Shown: in pieces, positions 16,937-27,267 of the stretch
Position numbering within the stretch: the stretch's first letter is position 1
How the letters are laid out: each line of letters starts with the position of its first letter
Origin: Dehalococcoidia bacterium
GTDB taxonomy: Bacteria > Chloroflexota > Dehalococcoidia > Bin125
NCBI GenBank assembly: GCA_963662615.2
Contig: CAXXSR010000001.1
Coordinates: forward strand, 1,088,001-1,152,000
Reading direction: 5' to 3'
DNA length: 64,000 bases
Notes under the pieces: generated by a model
The model's database searches: none
What the model saw: only the letters and a program-made list of their open reading frames with translations
What the model was told of the DNA's origin: nothing
Made by a program: the position numbers and the translations under genes

Positions 16937-19330
16937 ATGGCCGGCGCAGCAACGAGATCTCGAGCAGGGCGGCGCCGTCTGGCGTCCCGTTTCAGCCCTC
17001 GTGCGAAACTCCTCCCCCTCGCCTCCGCGAGCTTGCGCGCGTACCGCCTCCCCCTCCTTGGCGTCGCGACCGTGCTCGCCGTCGCCGCCATCACGAACTG
17101 GCTCACCGCACCGGTGGATCTGCTGCCTTCGCTCCGCGACGGCCTCGTCGAGGCGCTGGGACTGGGCGTGTTCCTCGTCGTCGCGGCCCTGCTGCTCGCC
17201 GCCCTCTGGCTCCTGGCGGGCGCGCCGACCCCCGGCTGGCCCGTCCTGCGACGGCTGACCGGCGCCGTGCTCTGGGCCCTCTTTGCCCTCGGCATCGCCG
17301 GGCTCTTCCGCCCCGCCTGGGACGTCGGCGACGTGGACCTCGCCGCGACCACCGTCGGCGGCGACGTCGGAGATCGGCTCAGCTCCCCCCTGGGCGCCGT
17401 CATCATGCTCGCGCTCGCCCTCAGCGCCGCCTTGCTGACCGCACCCTCCCTGACCCTGCGCGGCCTCGGCGCCACCCTCGGCGGCACCGCCGCCGGCATC
17501 GGCGCCATTGCCGCCGCGACCGCCCACCTCCGCCCTCCAATGCTCTCCCTGCGCCTTCCAGGCCGCAGCCGCCACGACCCTTGGGACCACTCCACCCGAC
17601 ACGATGCCACAGCCGCGGCTGACGCGGACGATGCCGACGCCATCGGCCTCACTGAGGATGACGATGCGGACTTGTTCGAGGCCGACGACGACCTCGCGGA
17701 GGAAGACGGCGCGGACTCCGATGAGCCTGACGAAATGGCGCTCCCACCGGCGGTCGACGGCCGCACCAGCGCCGGCGGCTGGGAGCTGCCGCCCCTGAGC
17801 CTGCTCAATCCGGACCACGCGCCCCGCAACCGGCGCGACAGTGAGCGCCTGGCCCGGACCATCATTGAGACTCTGGCCTCGTTCGGGGTGGACGCCGCCG
17901 TCACACAGATCAATCAGGGCCCGGCGGTGACGCAGTTCGGCGTGGAACCGGGGTGGGAAGTCAAGACCAAGCTGGTCTCCCTTCGCGACGAGACGGGCCG
18001 CCCGCTCCTGGACGACAGCGGCCGCCCGCTCCAGCGCGAGGAAGAGGTGGGACGCACGCGCGTGCGCGTCAGCAAGATCACCCGCCTCGCCAACGACCTC
18101 GCCCTCGCCCTCGCCGCACCCTCCATCCGCGTGGAGGCGCCCGTGCCGGGCCGCTCCGTGATCGGCATTGAGGTGCCCACCGCCGACCGGCGCCTCGTCG
18201 CCCTGCGCGACGTCATTGAATCGGCCGAGTGCCAGAAGGCGCTCCGCAACGGCGGCCTGCCCATCGCGCTCGGGCGCGCCGTCAGCGGCAAGCCGGTGGT
18301 CCGCGACCTCACCCGCATGCCGCACCTGCTCATCGCCGGCGCCACCGGTTCCGGCAAGAGCGTCTGCATCAACTCCATCATCGCCTGCCTTCTGATGCAC
18401 TTCTCGCCGCAGGAGCTGCGACTGGTCCTCATCGATCCCAAGCGCGTGGAACTGACCGACTACGCCGCCGTTCCCCATCTCGCCTTCTCCCGCGTCATCA
18501 CCGACGCCGATGAAGTGGTCACGGTCCTGGCCGCCATGCTCACGGAGATGGAGCGCCGCTACCTCCTCTTCCAGCGCACCGGCGCGCGCAACGTCGCCGC
18601 CTACAACGCCGCCGGCCATCCCAGCGGCAAGCTGCCCTTCTGGGTCGTCGTCGTTGACGAACTCGCCGATCTGATGATGACCGCCCCCGCCGAGGTGGAG
18701 CAGCAGCTCGTGCGCCTGGCCCAGCTCGCCCGGGCCACCGGCATCCACCTCGTCATCGCCACCCAGCGCCCCTCGGTGGACGTGGTCACCGGACTCATCA
18801 AAGCGAATTTCCCCACCCGGCTCGCCTTCGCCACCTCCTCGGCGACGGACTCGCGCGTCATCATCGATCACGGCGGCGCCGAAAAGCTGCTCGGCCGCGG
18901 CGACATGCTCTTCGTCAGCAGCGAGGGGCACGCCCTGCAACGCGTCCAGGGCACCTACGTCTCCGACGACGAGATCGCCGCGCTCATTGACTTCTGGACG
19001 GACGAGCGCTTCCGGCACATCCCCCGCCCCACCCTGGACCATCTCTTGCAAGAGGCTGCCGCCAAGCAGGACGGGGAGTCGTCAGAGGCAGAGCTTCCCG
19101 TCGACACCCCCTCCCCCGGCGAGCGCGACACGCTCTACCCCCGCGCCCTCGCCCTGGCCCGCGACCACTCGCGCGTCTCCGCCTCCTTGCTGCAACGACG
19201 CCTACGCGTGGGCTACCCTCGCGCCGCCCGCCTCATTGACGAACTCGAAGCGGAAGGCGTTGTCGCCCCTGCCGAGGGCGGCCAGTCGCGGCCGGTGCTC
19301 GCGCCCGAGACGACCGTGGAGTCGCGCTAA
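16937..19330 (+). CDS. ftsK: DNA translocase FtsK/SpoIIIE
   Basis: N-terminal TMs, AGATGSGKS, VVDELADLM, ATQRPS, GRGDML and the gamma-domain LQRRLRVGYPRAARL. Confidence 0.95.
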   Translation: MAGAATRSRAGRRRLASRFSPRAKLLPLASASLRAYRLPLLGVATVLAVAAITNWLTAPVDLLPSLRDGLVEALGLGVFLVVAALLLAALWLLAGAPTPGWPVLRRLTGAVLWALFALGIAGLFRPAWDVGDVDLAATTVGGDVGDRLSSPLGAVIMLALALSAALLTAPSLTLRGLGATLGGTAAGIGAIAAATAHLRPPMLSLRLPGRSRHDPWDHSTRHDATAAADADDADAIGLTEDDDADLFEADDDLAEEDGADSDEPDEMALPPAVDGRTSAGGWELPPLSLLNPDHAPRNRRDSERLARTIIETLASFGVDAAVTQINQGPAVTQFGVEPGWEVKTKLVSLRDETGRPLLDDSGRPLQREEEVGRTRVRVSKITRLANDLALALAAPSIRVEAPVPGRSVIGIEVPTADRRLVALRDVIESAECQKALRNGGLPIALGRAVSGKPVVRDLTRMPHLLIAGATGSGKSVCINSIIACLLMHFSPQELRLVLIDPKRVELTDYAAVPHLAFSRVITDADEVVTVLAAMLTEMERRYLLFQRTGARNVAAYNAAGHPSGKLPFWVVVVDELADLMMTAPAEVEQQLVRLAQLARATGIHLVIATQRPSVDVVTGLIKANFPTRLAFATSSATDSRVIIDHGGAEKLLGRGDMLFVSSEGHALQRVQGTYVSDDEIAALIDFWTDERFRHIPRPTLDHLLQEAAAKQDGESSEAELPVDTPSPGERDTLYPRALALARDHSRVSASLLQRRLRVGYPRAARLIDELEAEGVVAPAEGGQSRPVLAPETTVESR

Positions 19331-19399
19331 GGGGCGTCAGGCCCCGCATCTCCTGTTCCGTCGGCGCTGGCCTCCCCACGCCGCACCACACATAATGGG

Positions 19400-21283
19400 A
19401 TGGCGGACCCAGCGGCATCCGCACCCGCGCAGAGAGAAGGACCGAACGGCATGCGCGCCCTCGCCGACCTCGTCGCTCGCTGGCGCACGCCCCAGCCGGA
19501 GCCGGCTCAGCTCCCGGCCGATCAGGGAGCCTGTGTCCTCTGCGGCGCTGCCACCGCCGACATGGAGGCGTTTGCCTTCAAAGGAGTCTGCGAGCGCTGC
19601 GGATTCCACCACGCCATCAGCGCGCGCACGCGCATCCGACTCCTCTCCGACGCCGAAACCTTTCGCGAAACGCGCGCCTCCACCACCGCCATCGATCCGC
19701 TCTCGTTTGCGGACGGCGGCGCCTACAAGCGCCAGTTGCGGGACGCCTTCCGCCGCACCGCCCTGCGTGAGGCCGCCCTCACCGGCGTCTGCCGCCTGCA
19801 CGGCCGCCCCGTCATGCTCGTCGTGCTGGACTTCGGCTTCATGGGCGGCAGCATGGGCGTCGTCGTCGGCGAGCGCGTCGCCCAGGCCTTCGAGGACGCC
19901 GCCAAGGACAAACTCCCGCTCATCTCCGTCATCTCCAGCAGCGGCATGCGCATGCGTGAAGGGCTGCTCGCCCTCTCCCAGATGGCCAAGACCGCCGCCG
20001 CCGCCCGCCGCCATCACGATCGCGGCCTCGCCCACTTCAGCATCTTCGCCAACCCCTCCACGGGAGGCGTCTTCGCCTCCTTCGCCAATCTCGCCGACGT
20101 GATCATTGGCGAGCCCGGCGCCCTCATGGGCTACGCCTCCCTGCGCGCTATCGAAGAGAATGAGGGCGCGCCGCTGCCACCCCACGCGCACAGCGCCGAA
20201 TCGCACCTGGAGCACGGCCTGATCGACCAGGTCATCGGGCGCGACCGCCAGCGCGAGCTGCTCGGCGCCCTGATCGACCTCACCAGCCCCCCCTACCGCC
20301 TGGAGATCACGCGGCCCCTGGAGCCGTTCCGCCAGCGGGCCCAGCGGCAGTTGAGCCCCTGGCACGAAGTCGCCCTCGCCCGCCACGCCCGCCGCCCCTC
20401 CGCGCTGGGCTACATCGGCCGCATGACCACTTCCTTCGTGGAGATTCACGGCGACCGCAGCAGCGGCGACGACCCCACCGTCGTCGCCGGCTTCGCCGAT
20501 CTCGGCGGGGAAGCCGTGATGATCGTCGGCCAGCAGCGCTCCGAGAACGGCGCCGAGCAGCCCTCCCGCATCGGCGCCGAGGGCGTCCGCAAGGCGACGC
20601 GCGCGCTGCGCCTGGCCGAGAAGTTCTCCCTCCCCGTGCTCACGCTCATTGACACCCAGGGCGCCGCCCGCACCCGCCAGGCGGAGGAGCGGGGCATTGG
20701 CCATGCCATCGCCGAGAACCTGGCGGCCATGTCCGCCCTGCGCACGCCCATCGTCGCCGCCGTTATCGGCGAAGGCGGCAGCGGCGCCGCGCTCGCCTTC
20801 GGCCTTGCTGACCGCGTCCTCATGCTGGAGCACGCCATCTTCAGCGTGGTCTCTCCGGAGGATGCCGCCGCCGCCCTGTACCGCGACGCGCAGCGCGCCG
20901 ATCAGATGGCCGGCGCCCTCCGTCTCACCGTCCAAGACGCCGTCGAACTCGGCCTCGTGGACCACGTCGTCCCCGAACCGCCCGGAGGCGCCCATGAAGA
21001 TCACGACGCTGCCGCCGCCATGCTGAAAAGCGCGGTCCTGCAGCAGTTGGGCGATCTCAGACGGACGGGGACGTCACGCCTCCTCAAGCGCCGCTACGCC
21101 AAGTACCGACACACACCGGGGTACCAGAACTTCTTCCGCGTCAGCCTGGAACGGAACCTCAGCGACCTGCGCGCCTCGCTGCGGGGGCGCTTGCACCGCG
21201 CCCTGCACCGCGCTCTGCCCCGGCGCTCACCCGCTCCCCCGGCCGACAGCGACGACGACGCCGGCGGCATTCCCATCCCATAA
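19400..21283 (+). CDS. Fused acetyl-CoA carboxylase carboxyltransferase beta/alpha (AccD-AccA)
   Basis: N-terminal CxxC...CxxC, FMGGSMG and TGGVFASF (beta part), then HGDR, DTQGA, IGEGGSG and VSPE (alpha part), all in one frame. Confidence 0.9.
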   Translation: MADPAASAPAQREGPNGMRALADLVARWRTPQPEPAQLPADQGACVLCGAATADMEAFAFKGVCERCGFHHAISARTRIRLLSDAETFRETRASTTAIDPLSFADGGAYKRQLRDAFRRTALREAALTGVCRLHGRPVMLVVLDFGFMGGSMGVVVGERVAQAFEDAAKDKLPLISVISSSGMRMREGLLALSQMAKTAAAARRHHDRGLAHFSIFANPSTGGVFASFANLADVIIGEPGALMGYASLRAIEENEGAPLPPHAHSAESHLEHGLIDQVIGRDRQRELLGALIDLTSPPYRLEITRPLEPFRQRAQRQLSPWHEVALARHARRPSALGYIGRMTTSFVEIHGDRSSGDDPTVVAGFADLGGEAVMIVGQQRSENGAEQPSRIGAEGVRKATRALRLAEKFSLPVLTLIDTQGAARTRQAEERGIGHAIAENLAAMSALRTPIVAAVIGEGGSGAALAFGLADRVLMLEHAIFSVVSPEDAAAALYRDAQRADQMAGALRLTVQDAVELGLVDHVVPEPPGGAHEDHDAAAAMLKSAVLQQLGDLRRTGTSRLLKRRYAKYRHTPGYQNFFRVSLERNLSDLRASLRGRLHRALHRALPRRSPAPPADSDDDAGGIPIP

Positions 21284-21314
21284 CCCACCAGCTAGCCCAC
21301 CGCCGAGCCAATCG

Positions 21315-22114
21315 CTAGCTATGAGCCTCCGCTTCCCCGGGGATCTCGCTGGCGGACACAGTCCCCTCCTGCACGCTGTCGCCCCCCTCGTCGGCGGCCG
21401 GCGCCATCAGTTCGTAGAGGCGTTGGCGCTCCCCACGCCCCGCAGCCGTCGCATGCCGCGGTCCAACCAGCGCGACGGGCCAAAGGCCGCGGCCGCCGCC
21501 TCAAACACGTGCCCCGACAGCCAGATCTCGCCGCCTGCGCTCTTCGCCAAGATTCGCTCCGCCATGTTGACGGTCCGCCCCAGGACGTCCCCGCCCGGTC
21601 GCAGGATCACTTCCCCCCGGTGCAGCCCCATCCGCACCCGCACCGGCCAGTCCGGCCGCCCTGCCGCCCGCGCCGCGATCCGCTGCTGGATGTTTACCGC
21701 GCACGCCACCGCCTGCGCCGCGTCCGCGAAGAGAACGAGAAAGCCGTCACCCGTGTTCTTCACCTCAAAGCCGGCGTAGCGCCCGATCGCTTCGCGGACA
21801 ATGCTGTTGTGATCGTCGACGATCTCGGCCCAGGCGCGGTCCCCCAGCCGCTCCGTGAGCTGCACCGAGTCCTCAATGTCGGTGAAGAGCACGGTCAGCG
21901 GCTCGCCACTGGCCGGGATCAGCGCTGCCGTCAGCGCGCGCCCATCGTTGGGGCAGAAGGCGGAATCCGCTGGGGCCTGCTCCCCACAGAACGCGCACAC
22001 TCGCGGCCCCGACGACTCCGCTCCCAGGTCATCGGACAGGATCCATTCCGGCACACTGGCGGGGCGTCGCCGCAGCGCGTCCGGCCGGTCGCTTGCGGTC
22101 AATGCTGTTCCCAC
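21315..22114 (-). CDS. Class III adenylate cyclase with an N-terminal zinc ribbon; apparent 1-nt frameshift near 21431
   Basis: CAFC...CPND, LFTDIEDS, VKNTGDG, GLHRG and DVLGRTVNMAER motifs. The C-terminal LRGVG continues as ERQRLYEL only after a frame change in a G run. Confidence 0.85.
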
Positions 22115-22165
22115 CCCCCCGCAGTGGCAACGGTCGCCCCGGCAGGGGCCGCCACGTCCCCCTCA

Positions 22166-22269
22166 CCCACTGCGCGAACCGCCCACTGTGCCAACCACCA
22201 ACAGCGCCAACCACCCACTGGCCAACCCACCCAGAGTGCAAACCGCCCACCGAAGTCGTAGCGGTGGGC
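22166..22269. repeat. Degenerate 16-nt tandem array x5 followed by a hairpin
   Basis: CCCACTGYGCCAACCR-like units at 22166-22245; hairpin GCCCACCG/CGGTGGGC. Confidence 0.8.
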
Positions 22270-22354
22270 AGTCAACGGCGGCGCTGGCGCCGGCGGGCGG
22301 CGTCTCCAACGGCGCCACCGTGCTCCCGGCGATTCTGACGGCGAGTGAAACGTC

Positions 22355-22390
22355 ATCCTAGCAAGGCGCTTGGAACCGGTCAAATGTTCT
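22355..22390 (-). promoter_or_regulatory. Sigma-70-type promoter with an overlapping imperfect SOS box
   Basis: TTGACC-17 nt-TAGGAT with TG extension; AGAACATTTGACC overlaps the -35. Confidence 0.65.
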
Positions 22391-22406
22391 AAACAGCACC
22401 TTGCCT

Positions 22407-24527
22407 TCAGCCCCGCTCCCCCCCCGGCGACGCCGGCTCCTTGCGCCGCCGCCCTTGCCGCCGCAGCGGCCGCCGCCGGCGCCCGTACGACTGGTCCGTC
22501 CACTGCGGCAGATCCTCCAGCTCGTCGCCCGTGAGTTCCCGTCGCAGGTCCACAATTTGGTCGCGCAGCGCCGCCGCCTGCTCGAACGCCAGCTCCCTGG
22601 CGGCCTGCTTCATCTCTTGCTCCAGCCGCTTGATCATCCGAGCGATCTGGTCCCGCGATTCCGGGACCGGACCGGCCCGGTACTCGCCGGGCTCCTCCGC
22701 CGCCTGCCGCACCTGATCGGTGATGTCGCGCACCGCCTTCTGAATGCTCGTGGGCACAATCCCGTGCTCAGCGTTGTGGCGCTCTTGCGCCCCGCGCCGA
22801 CGCTGCGTCTCCGCGATCGCGTGGCGCATGGAATCCGTGATCGAATCCGCGTACATGATCGCGTGGCCGTTCGCGTGCCGCGCCGCCCGGCCCATGGTCT
22901 GAATCATCGTCGTCTCGCTGCGCAGGTAGCCCTCTTTGTCGGCGTCCAAGATCACCACCAGGCTCACCTCGGGCAGGTCCAGCCCCTCACGCAGCAGGTT
23001 GATCCCCACCACGCAGTCGAACACCCCCAGCCGCAGATCGCGCAGCACCTCCACCCGTTCAAACGTGTCCTGCTCGCTGTGCAGATAGTGCGTCTTGATG
23101 CCCACCTCGCGCAGATAGTCGGCCAGGTCCTCCGCCATCTTCTTGGTCAGCGTCGTCACCAGCGCCCGCTCGCCCTGTGTCACGCGCGCCTTGACTTCCG
23201 CCACCAGGTCGTCAATCTGCCCCGCCGTGGGCCGCACTTCCACTTGCGGGTCCAGCAGGCCCGTGGGCCGGATGATCTGCTCCACTACCTGGGTCGAGTT
23301 TCGACGCTCGTAGTCGCTCGGCGTCGCCGACACGAAGATGACTTGGTTGATGTGGCGCTCGAACTCCTCGAAGCTCAAGGGCCGATTGTCCAGCGCCGAG
23401 GGCAGCCGGAAGCCGTAGTCCACCAGCGTTTGTTTGCGGCTGACGTCGCCGCCGTACATGCCCCGCAACTGCGGCACGGACATGTGGCTCTCGTCAACGA
23501 TCAGCAGCCAATCGCGCGGGAAGTAGTCCAGCAGCGTCCACGGCGTGCTCCCCGGCCCCCGCCGCGCCAGGTGACGCGAGTAGTTCTCAATGCCTGGGCA
23601 ATAGCCCACCTCGCGCAGCGTTTCCAGGTCATAGCGCGTGCGCTCTTCCAGCCGCGCCGCCTCTAAGATCTTGTCCTCCGCCCGAAATTGTCGCAGCCGC
23701 TCCGCCAGCTCCACCTCAATGTCGGCCACGGCCGCCTCCAGCCGCTCGTCCGACGTCACGAAATGCTTCGCCGGGTAGATGTCCACCCGCTCCCGCTCCG
23801 CCAGCAGCTCCCCCGTCAGCGGATCCAACTCCACGACCCGCTCCACCACGTCGTCCCAGAACTCGATCCGCACCGCCAGATCTTCGTAGGAGGGATGGAT
23901 GGTGAGCGTATCGCCGCGAATCCGGAAGCGACCGCGCGTCAGCGTCATCTCGTCGCGCTCGTACTGCTGGTCCACCAGCCGACGCAGGATCTGGTTGCGC
24001 GGCGTCCGCTGCCCCTTCTTCAACGTCAGCACCATGGACTGGTACTCTTCCGGCTCGCCCAAGCCGAAGATGCACGACACGGACGCCACGATCAGCACGT
24101 CGCGCCGCTCGAACAGCGCCCGCGTCGCCGCGTGCCGGAGCTTGTCGATCTCGGCGTTGATGTCGGACTCTTTCGCAATGTACGTGTCCGACCGCGGCAC
24201 ATACGCCTCCGGCTGGTAGTAGTCGTAGTAGGAGACGAAAAACTCCACCGAGTTGTTGGGGAAGAACTCCCGGAACTCGGAACAGAGCTGTGCCGCCAGC
24301 GTCTTGTTGTGTGCCAGCACCAGCGTGGGACGGTTCACCTGCGCCACCACGTTCGCGATCGTGAACGTTTTGCCGGAGCCCGTGACGCCGAGCAAGGTCT
24401 GGGCCCGGTCGCCCCGGCGCAGCCCCTCGACCAGCGGCCCGATCGCCTGCTCCTGATCGCCCTGCGGCGCAAACGCCGACACTAGCTCGAACTGCGACGC
24501 TGTCGCCGTCCCGCCTTCTGCGGCCAT
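22407..24527 (-). CDS. uvrB: Excinuclease ABC subunit B
   Basis: [32 protein letters not shown] and the C-terminal UVR domain. Confidence 0.98.
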   Translation of the reverse strand: MAAEGGTATASQFELVSAFAPQGDQEQAIGPLVEGLRRGDRAQTLLGVTGSGKTFTIANVVAQVNRPTLVLAHNKTLAAQLCSEFREFFPNNSVEFFVSYYDYYQPEAYVPRSDTYIAKESDINAEIDKLRHAATRALFERRDVLIVASVSCIFGLGEPEEYQSMVLTLKKGQRTPRNQILRRLVDQQYERDEMTLTRGRFRIRGDTLTIHPSYEDLAVRIEFWDDVVERVVELDPLTGELLAERERVDIYPAKHFVTSDERLEAAVADIEVELAERLRQFRAEDKILEAARLEERTRYDLETLREVGYCPGIENYSRHLARRGPGSTPWTLLDYFPRDWLLIVDESHMSVPQLRGMYGGDVSRKQTLVDYGFRLPSALDNRPLSFEEFERHINQVIFVSATPSDYERRNSTQVVEQIIRPTGLLDPQVEVRPTAGQIDDLVAEVKARVTQGERALVTTLTKKMAEDLADYLREVGIKTHYLHSEQDTFERVEVLRDLRLGVFDCVVGINLLREGLDLPEVSLVVILDADKEGYLRSETTMIQTMGRAARHANGHAIMYADSITDSMRHAIAETQRRRGAQERHNAEHGIVPTSIQKAVRDITDQVRQAAEEPGEYRAGPVPESRDQIARMIKRLEQEMKQAARELAFEQAAALRDQIVDLRRELTGDELEDLPQWTDQSYGRRRRPLRRQGRRRKEPASPGGERG

Positions 24528-24958
24528 CACCACCTGCTCACAGGAATTGCGCCTCGCCATGCCGGACGCGATGCCGAACGGGCGGCGCCCTCGTGCCACG
24601 CGCGCATCAGATAGGCCTCCTTGGGCACAAGCCTGCCGTCGACCGGGTCCACCATCAGCAGAAACGCCTCCAGGGCGTGAGCGCCAATGAGGGGCGGCGC
24701 GGCTGGCACGCCGAACAGGCAGAAGATCGGTCGCCGCACTCCGTCCAACTCGGCGTTCACTTGGCCCAAGTCCAACTGCTCCTCCTCGCCATTGGCCAGG
24801 CGCGCGCGAATCTGTCCAAATGGCGTCACGCGCAAGCGCTCCAGCACGGCGGCTGGAAACATGCTGAACGTCGCGCCCGTATCGATCAGCGCATCGATGG
24901 TCTCGGAGTCCTGCCCCGTCGCCGACACCAGCGTGATCGGATGCGTAAACGTACCCAC
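24527..24958 (-). CDS. Retroviral-like (clan AA) aspartyl protease
   Basis: MGTF...ALIDTGAT...LIGAHALE. Leaderless start; the stop overlaps the uvrB ATG (TGATG). Confidence 0.85.
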   Translation of the reverse strand: MGTFTHPITLVSATGQDSETIDALIDTGATFSMFPAAVLERLRVTPFGQIRARLANGEEEQLDLGQVNAELDGVRRPIFCLFGVPAAPPLIGAHALEAFLLMVDPVDGRLVPKEAYLMRAWHEGAARSASRPAWRGAIPVSRW

Positions 24959-25151
24959 GCCATCACCATATAGGACGGCGCGATGCCGTCGCGAGTCGCG
25001 GTATCGACCCAGGAACACAAGCATCCATCGGGAGGGTGAGTGCGTGCGAGGAGCGCCGGGCCCTGCGTCCCGCTAAGCGGTTCGGTCCCCGGCGGCGGCG
25101 ATCACCCCAAGCACAGGCGCCCGACGGACAGGCACCCAAGGCCCAGGCGCC

Positions 25152-25970
25152 CTAGGCGCTGAGCGCCTGGGCGTCGTCCATGTCGGCCGCCACCACGCGA
25201 TTGCGGCCGGCGTGTTTGGCTTCATACAGGGCCAAGTCTGCTTGGCGCAGCAGGCCCATTGCATCCAGCGCCCGTCCCGACCGCCCACAGGCCACCCCGA
25301 CCGACGCCGTCACCGGCGGGCCGCTCCACCGCTCGCCCCAATGCAGCGTGGCGACATGCCGGCGCATCTTCTCCGCCACGATCCGCGCCTCCTCCACCGA
25401 TGCCTCCGGCAGCAGCACGGCGAACTCGTCGCCACCAAGCCGCCCGATCAAGTCGGACTGGCGCAGCGCGGCCCGCAGCGCTTCCGCCACTGCCGCCAGC
25501 AGCTGGTCGCCCGCGTCATGCCCGGCGCGGTCGTTCACGGCCTTGAAGTGGTCCAGGTCCAGCATGATCAGGGACGGCGCACTGCCGTAGCGATCCGCTC
25601 GGCGCCACTCCTGCTCCAGCTTCTCGTGCCACGACCGCCGGTTGTCCAACCCCGTCAGTGCGTCCACGCGCGCCAGCCGTTCCATCGCCGCCGCGCTCTG
25701 CCGCAGCTCCAAATTGGCCCGGATGAATCGCCATTCCTGCCGCACGCGCCGTCGCCGTTCGCGCCGGGCCTGCAGCGAGACGAACGCCAGCGCCGCCAGC
25801 AGAGGCAGCACGACGACCGCCAGCACATCCGCCGACGCGCCCGTCCACGCCGCCAAGCGCTCGCCCACCTCCAGCAACGCGGCAACCGCGCCGATCGCCT
25901 CCGTCGCCACGACCGTGGTCAAGAAGTACGCGTGGTAGCGCCGCGCCCGGCGCAGCCAATCCGCTCCCAT
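25152..25970 (-). CDS. Membrane-anchored diguanylate cyclase
   Basis: Two TMs; DALTGL, DLDHFK, RQSD I-site, GGDEF and ALYEAK motifs. Confidence 0.93.
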   Translation of the reverse strand: MGADWLRRARRYHAYFLTTVVATEAIGAVAALLEVGERLAAWTGASADVLAVVVLPLLAALAFVSLQARRERRRRVRQEWRFIRANLELRQSAAAMERLARVDALTGLDNRRSWHEKLEQEWRRADRYGSAPSLIMLDLDHFKAVNDRAGHDAGDQLLAAVAEALRAALRQSDLIGRLGGDEFAVLLPEASVEEARIVAEKMRRHVATLHWGERWSGPPVTASVGVACGRSGRALDAMGLLRQADLALYEAKHAGRNRVVAADMDDAQALSA

Positions 25971-26083
25971 ACCAAAAGGATCGCCCCTGGACGGCGGCGC
26001 CGATGTCGGGGGTTTCCCTTACGACGGCGCCCTGATCGCCTGTATTCTTTCCCCGCCCGGCCCGCCGCCGGCGGGAAACGGCC

Positions 26084-26716
26084 TCAGCTCGCCCCCGCCC
26101 CCAGCCGCCGGAAGACCGCCCGCAGGACCGCCTCGGCCGCGGGCTCCAGATCCTCCGACGCCACCTCCTGCACCCACTCTTGCGCTTCCCGCCGTTGGTA
26201 GCCCAGGCTGACCAGGGCCGCCACGGCGTCGGCCAGGGCCCGCTCAAGCTCCCGCGGCGGCTCCGGCGGCGGCTCGCGGTAGTGCTCGTCGCGCAGCAGC
26301 GCCTCCTCCACCACCTTCCCTTTCAGCTCGGCCACGATCTGGTCGGCCTGCCGCTTGCCCACGCCGGGAAGCTGCTGCAACGCTGCCTTGTCCTCCGCCT
26401 CGATCCACCGCGCAATCGTTGACACCGACGCCGCCAGCGCCCGTTGCGCCTTCGTGGCGCCGATCCCGCGCACCTTCATGAACTTCTTGAAGAACTCTCG
26501 CTCCACCGGCCGCAGGAAGCCGATCAAAATCGGCGTGGGCGCGCGCTCCGAGACGTGGTAGTAGGTGTAGAAGTCCACCCGCTCGGGCCGCCCCTCCATC
26601 GCCCGCCAGCAGTAGGTGGGCAGATACACCTCGTACCACAGCCCCCCCACCTCAATCTCGACGCTCTGCGTCTCGTCGTTCCAGCGCTTCGCCGCGCCCT
26701 GAATCCGCGAGATCAT
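26084..26716 (-). CDS. ruvA: Holliday junction branch migration protein RuvA (divergent)
   Basis: MISRIQG, GGLWYEV, VRGIG, LPGVGKRQA and AVAALVSLGY motifs; downstream of ruvC. Confidence 0.88.
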   Translation of the reverse strand: MISRIQGAAKRWNDETQSVEIEVGGLWYEVYLPTYCWRAMEGRPERVDFYTYYHVSERAPTPILIGFLRPVEREFFKKFMKVRGIGATKAQRALAASVSTIARWIEAEDKAALQQLPGVGKRQADQIVAELKGKVVEEALLRDEHYREPPPEPPRELERALADAVAALVSLGYQRREAQEWVQEVASEDLEPAAEAVLRAVFRRLGAGAS

Positions 26717-27267
26717 GGCGCCGGCGTCCGCGCCCAGGCGCCGCCGCCGAGAAGGAAGTGACAGTACGCCACCGCCAGCGCATCCGACGCGTCGTGTGGC
26801 GCGACCTCAGCTGCCAGGTCCAAGCGCAGGCGCAGCGCTTCCGCCACCGCCCCTTTGGCCGCATTGCCGTCCCCGGTCACCGCCTGCTTCACTTGCCGCG
26901 GGGCGTACTCGAAGACGGGCAGATCACGCTGCGCCGCTGCCAGCATGGCCGCCGCCTGCGCCTGCGCCAGCGCCAGCGCCGACTGCGCATTCACCTTGAC
27001 GAACGGCCGCTCCAACGCCACCGCCAGCGGCTCGTGCGCGTCGATCACCTCCAGCAGGCTCGCCATGATCGTCTGCAGACGCGCCGGCCGCGCCGCCGAC
27101 GGGTCCGGGGCAATCACCCCGAACGCGCCCAGTTGCGCTTCCCGGCCCACGATCAGAATGCCCCAGCCCGTGTGCCGCAACCCAGGATCGAGCCCCAGGA
27201 GGCGCCCGCCGGCGCTCTCCCCGACGGCGACACGTTCCCCGGCAGCCACCGCGTTCCTCTCAGGCAT
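26713..27267 (-). CDS. ruvC: Crossover junction endodeoxyribonuclease RuvC
   Basis: LGLDPGL, ALE, VKQAVTGDGNA.K and DASDALAVA motifs. Confidence 0.94.
   Translation of the reverse strand: MPERNAVAAGERVAVGESAGGRLLGLDPGLRHTGWGILIVGREAQLGAFGVIAPDPSAARPARLQTIMASLLEVIDAHEPLAVALERPFVKVNAQSALALAQAQAAAMLAAAQRDLPVFEYAPRQVKQAVTGDGNAAKGAVAEALRLRLDLAAEVAPHDASDALAVAYCHFLLGGGAWARTPAP

Noticed and set aside
12798-22269. Tandem arrays as CRISPR-like arrays
   Set aside because: Units are 12-16 nt, contiguous, without unique spacers, and there are no cas genes.
22099-22356. Trp-rich ORF upstream of the cyclase as a leader peptide
   Set aside because: Trp and Gly codons arise from the 16-nt G-rich repeat, whose period is not a multiple of 3, and the ATG overlaps the -10 element.
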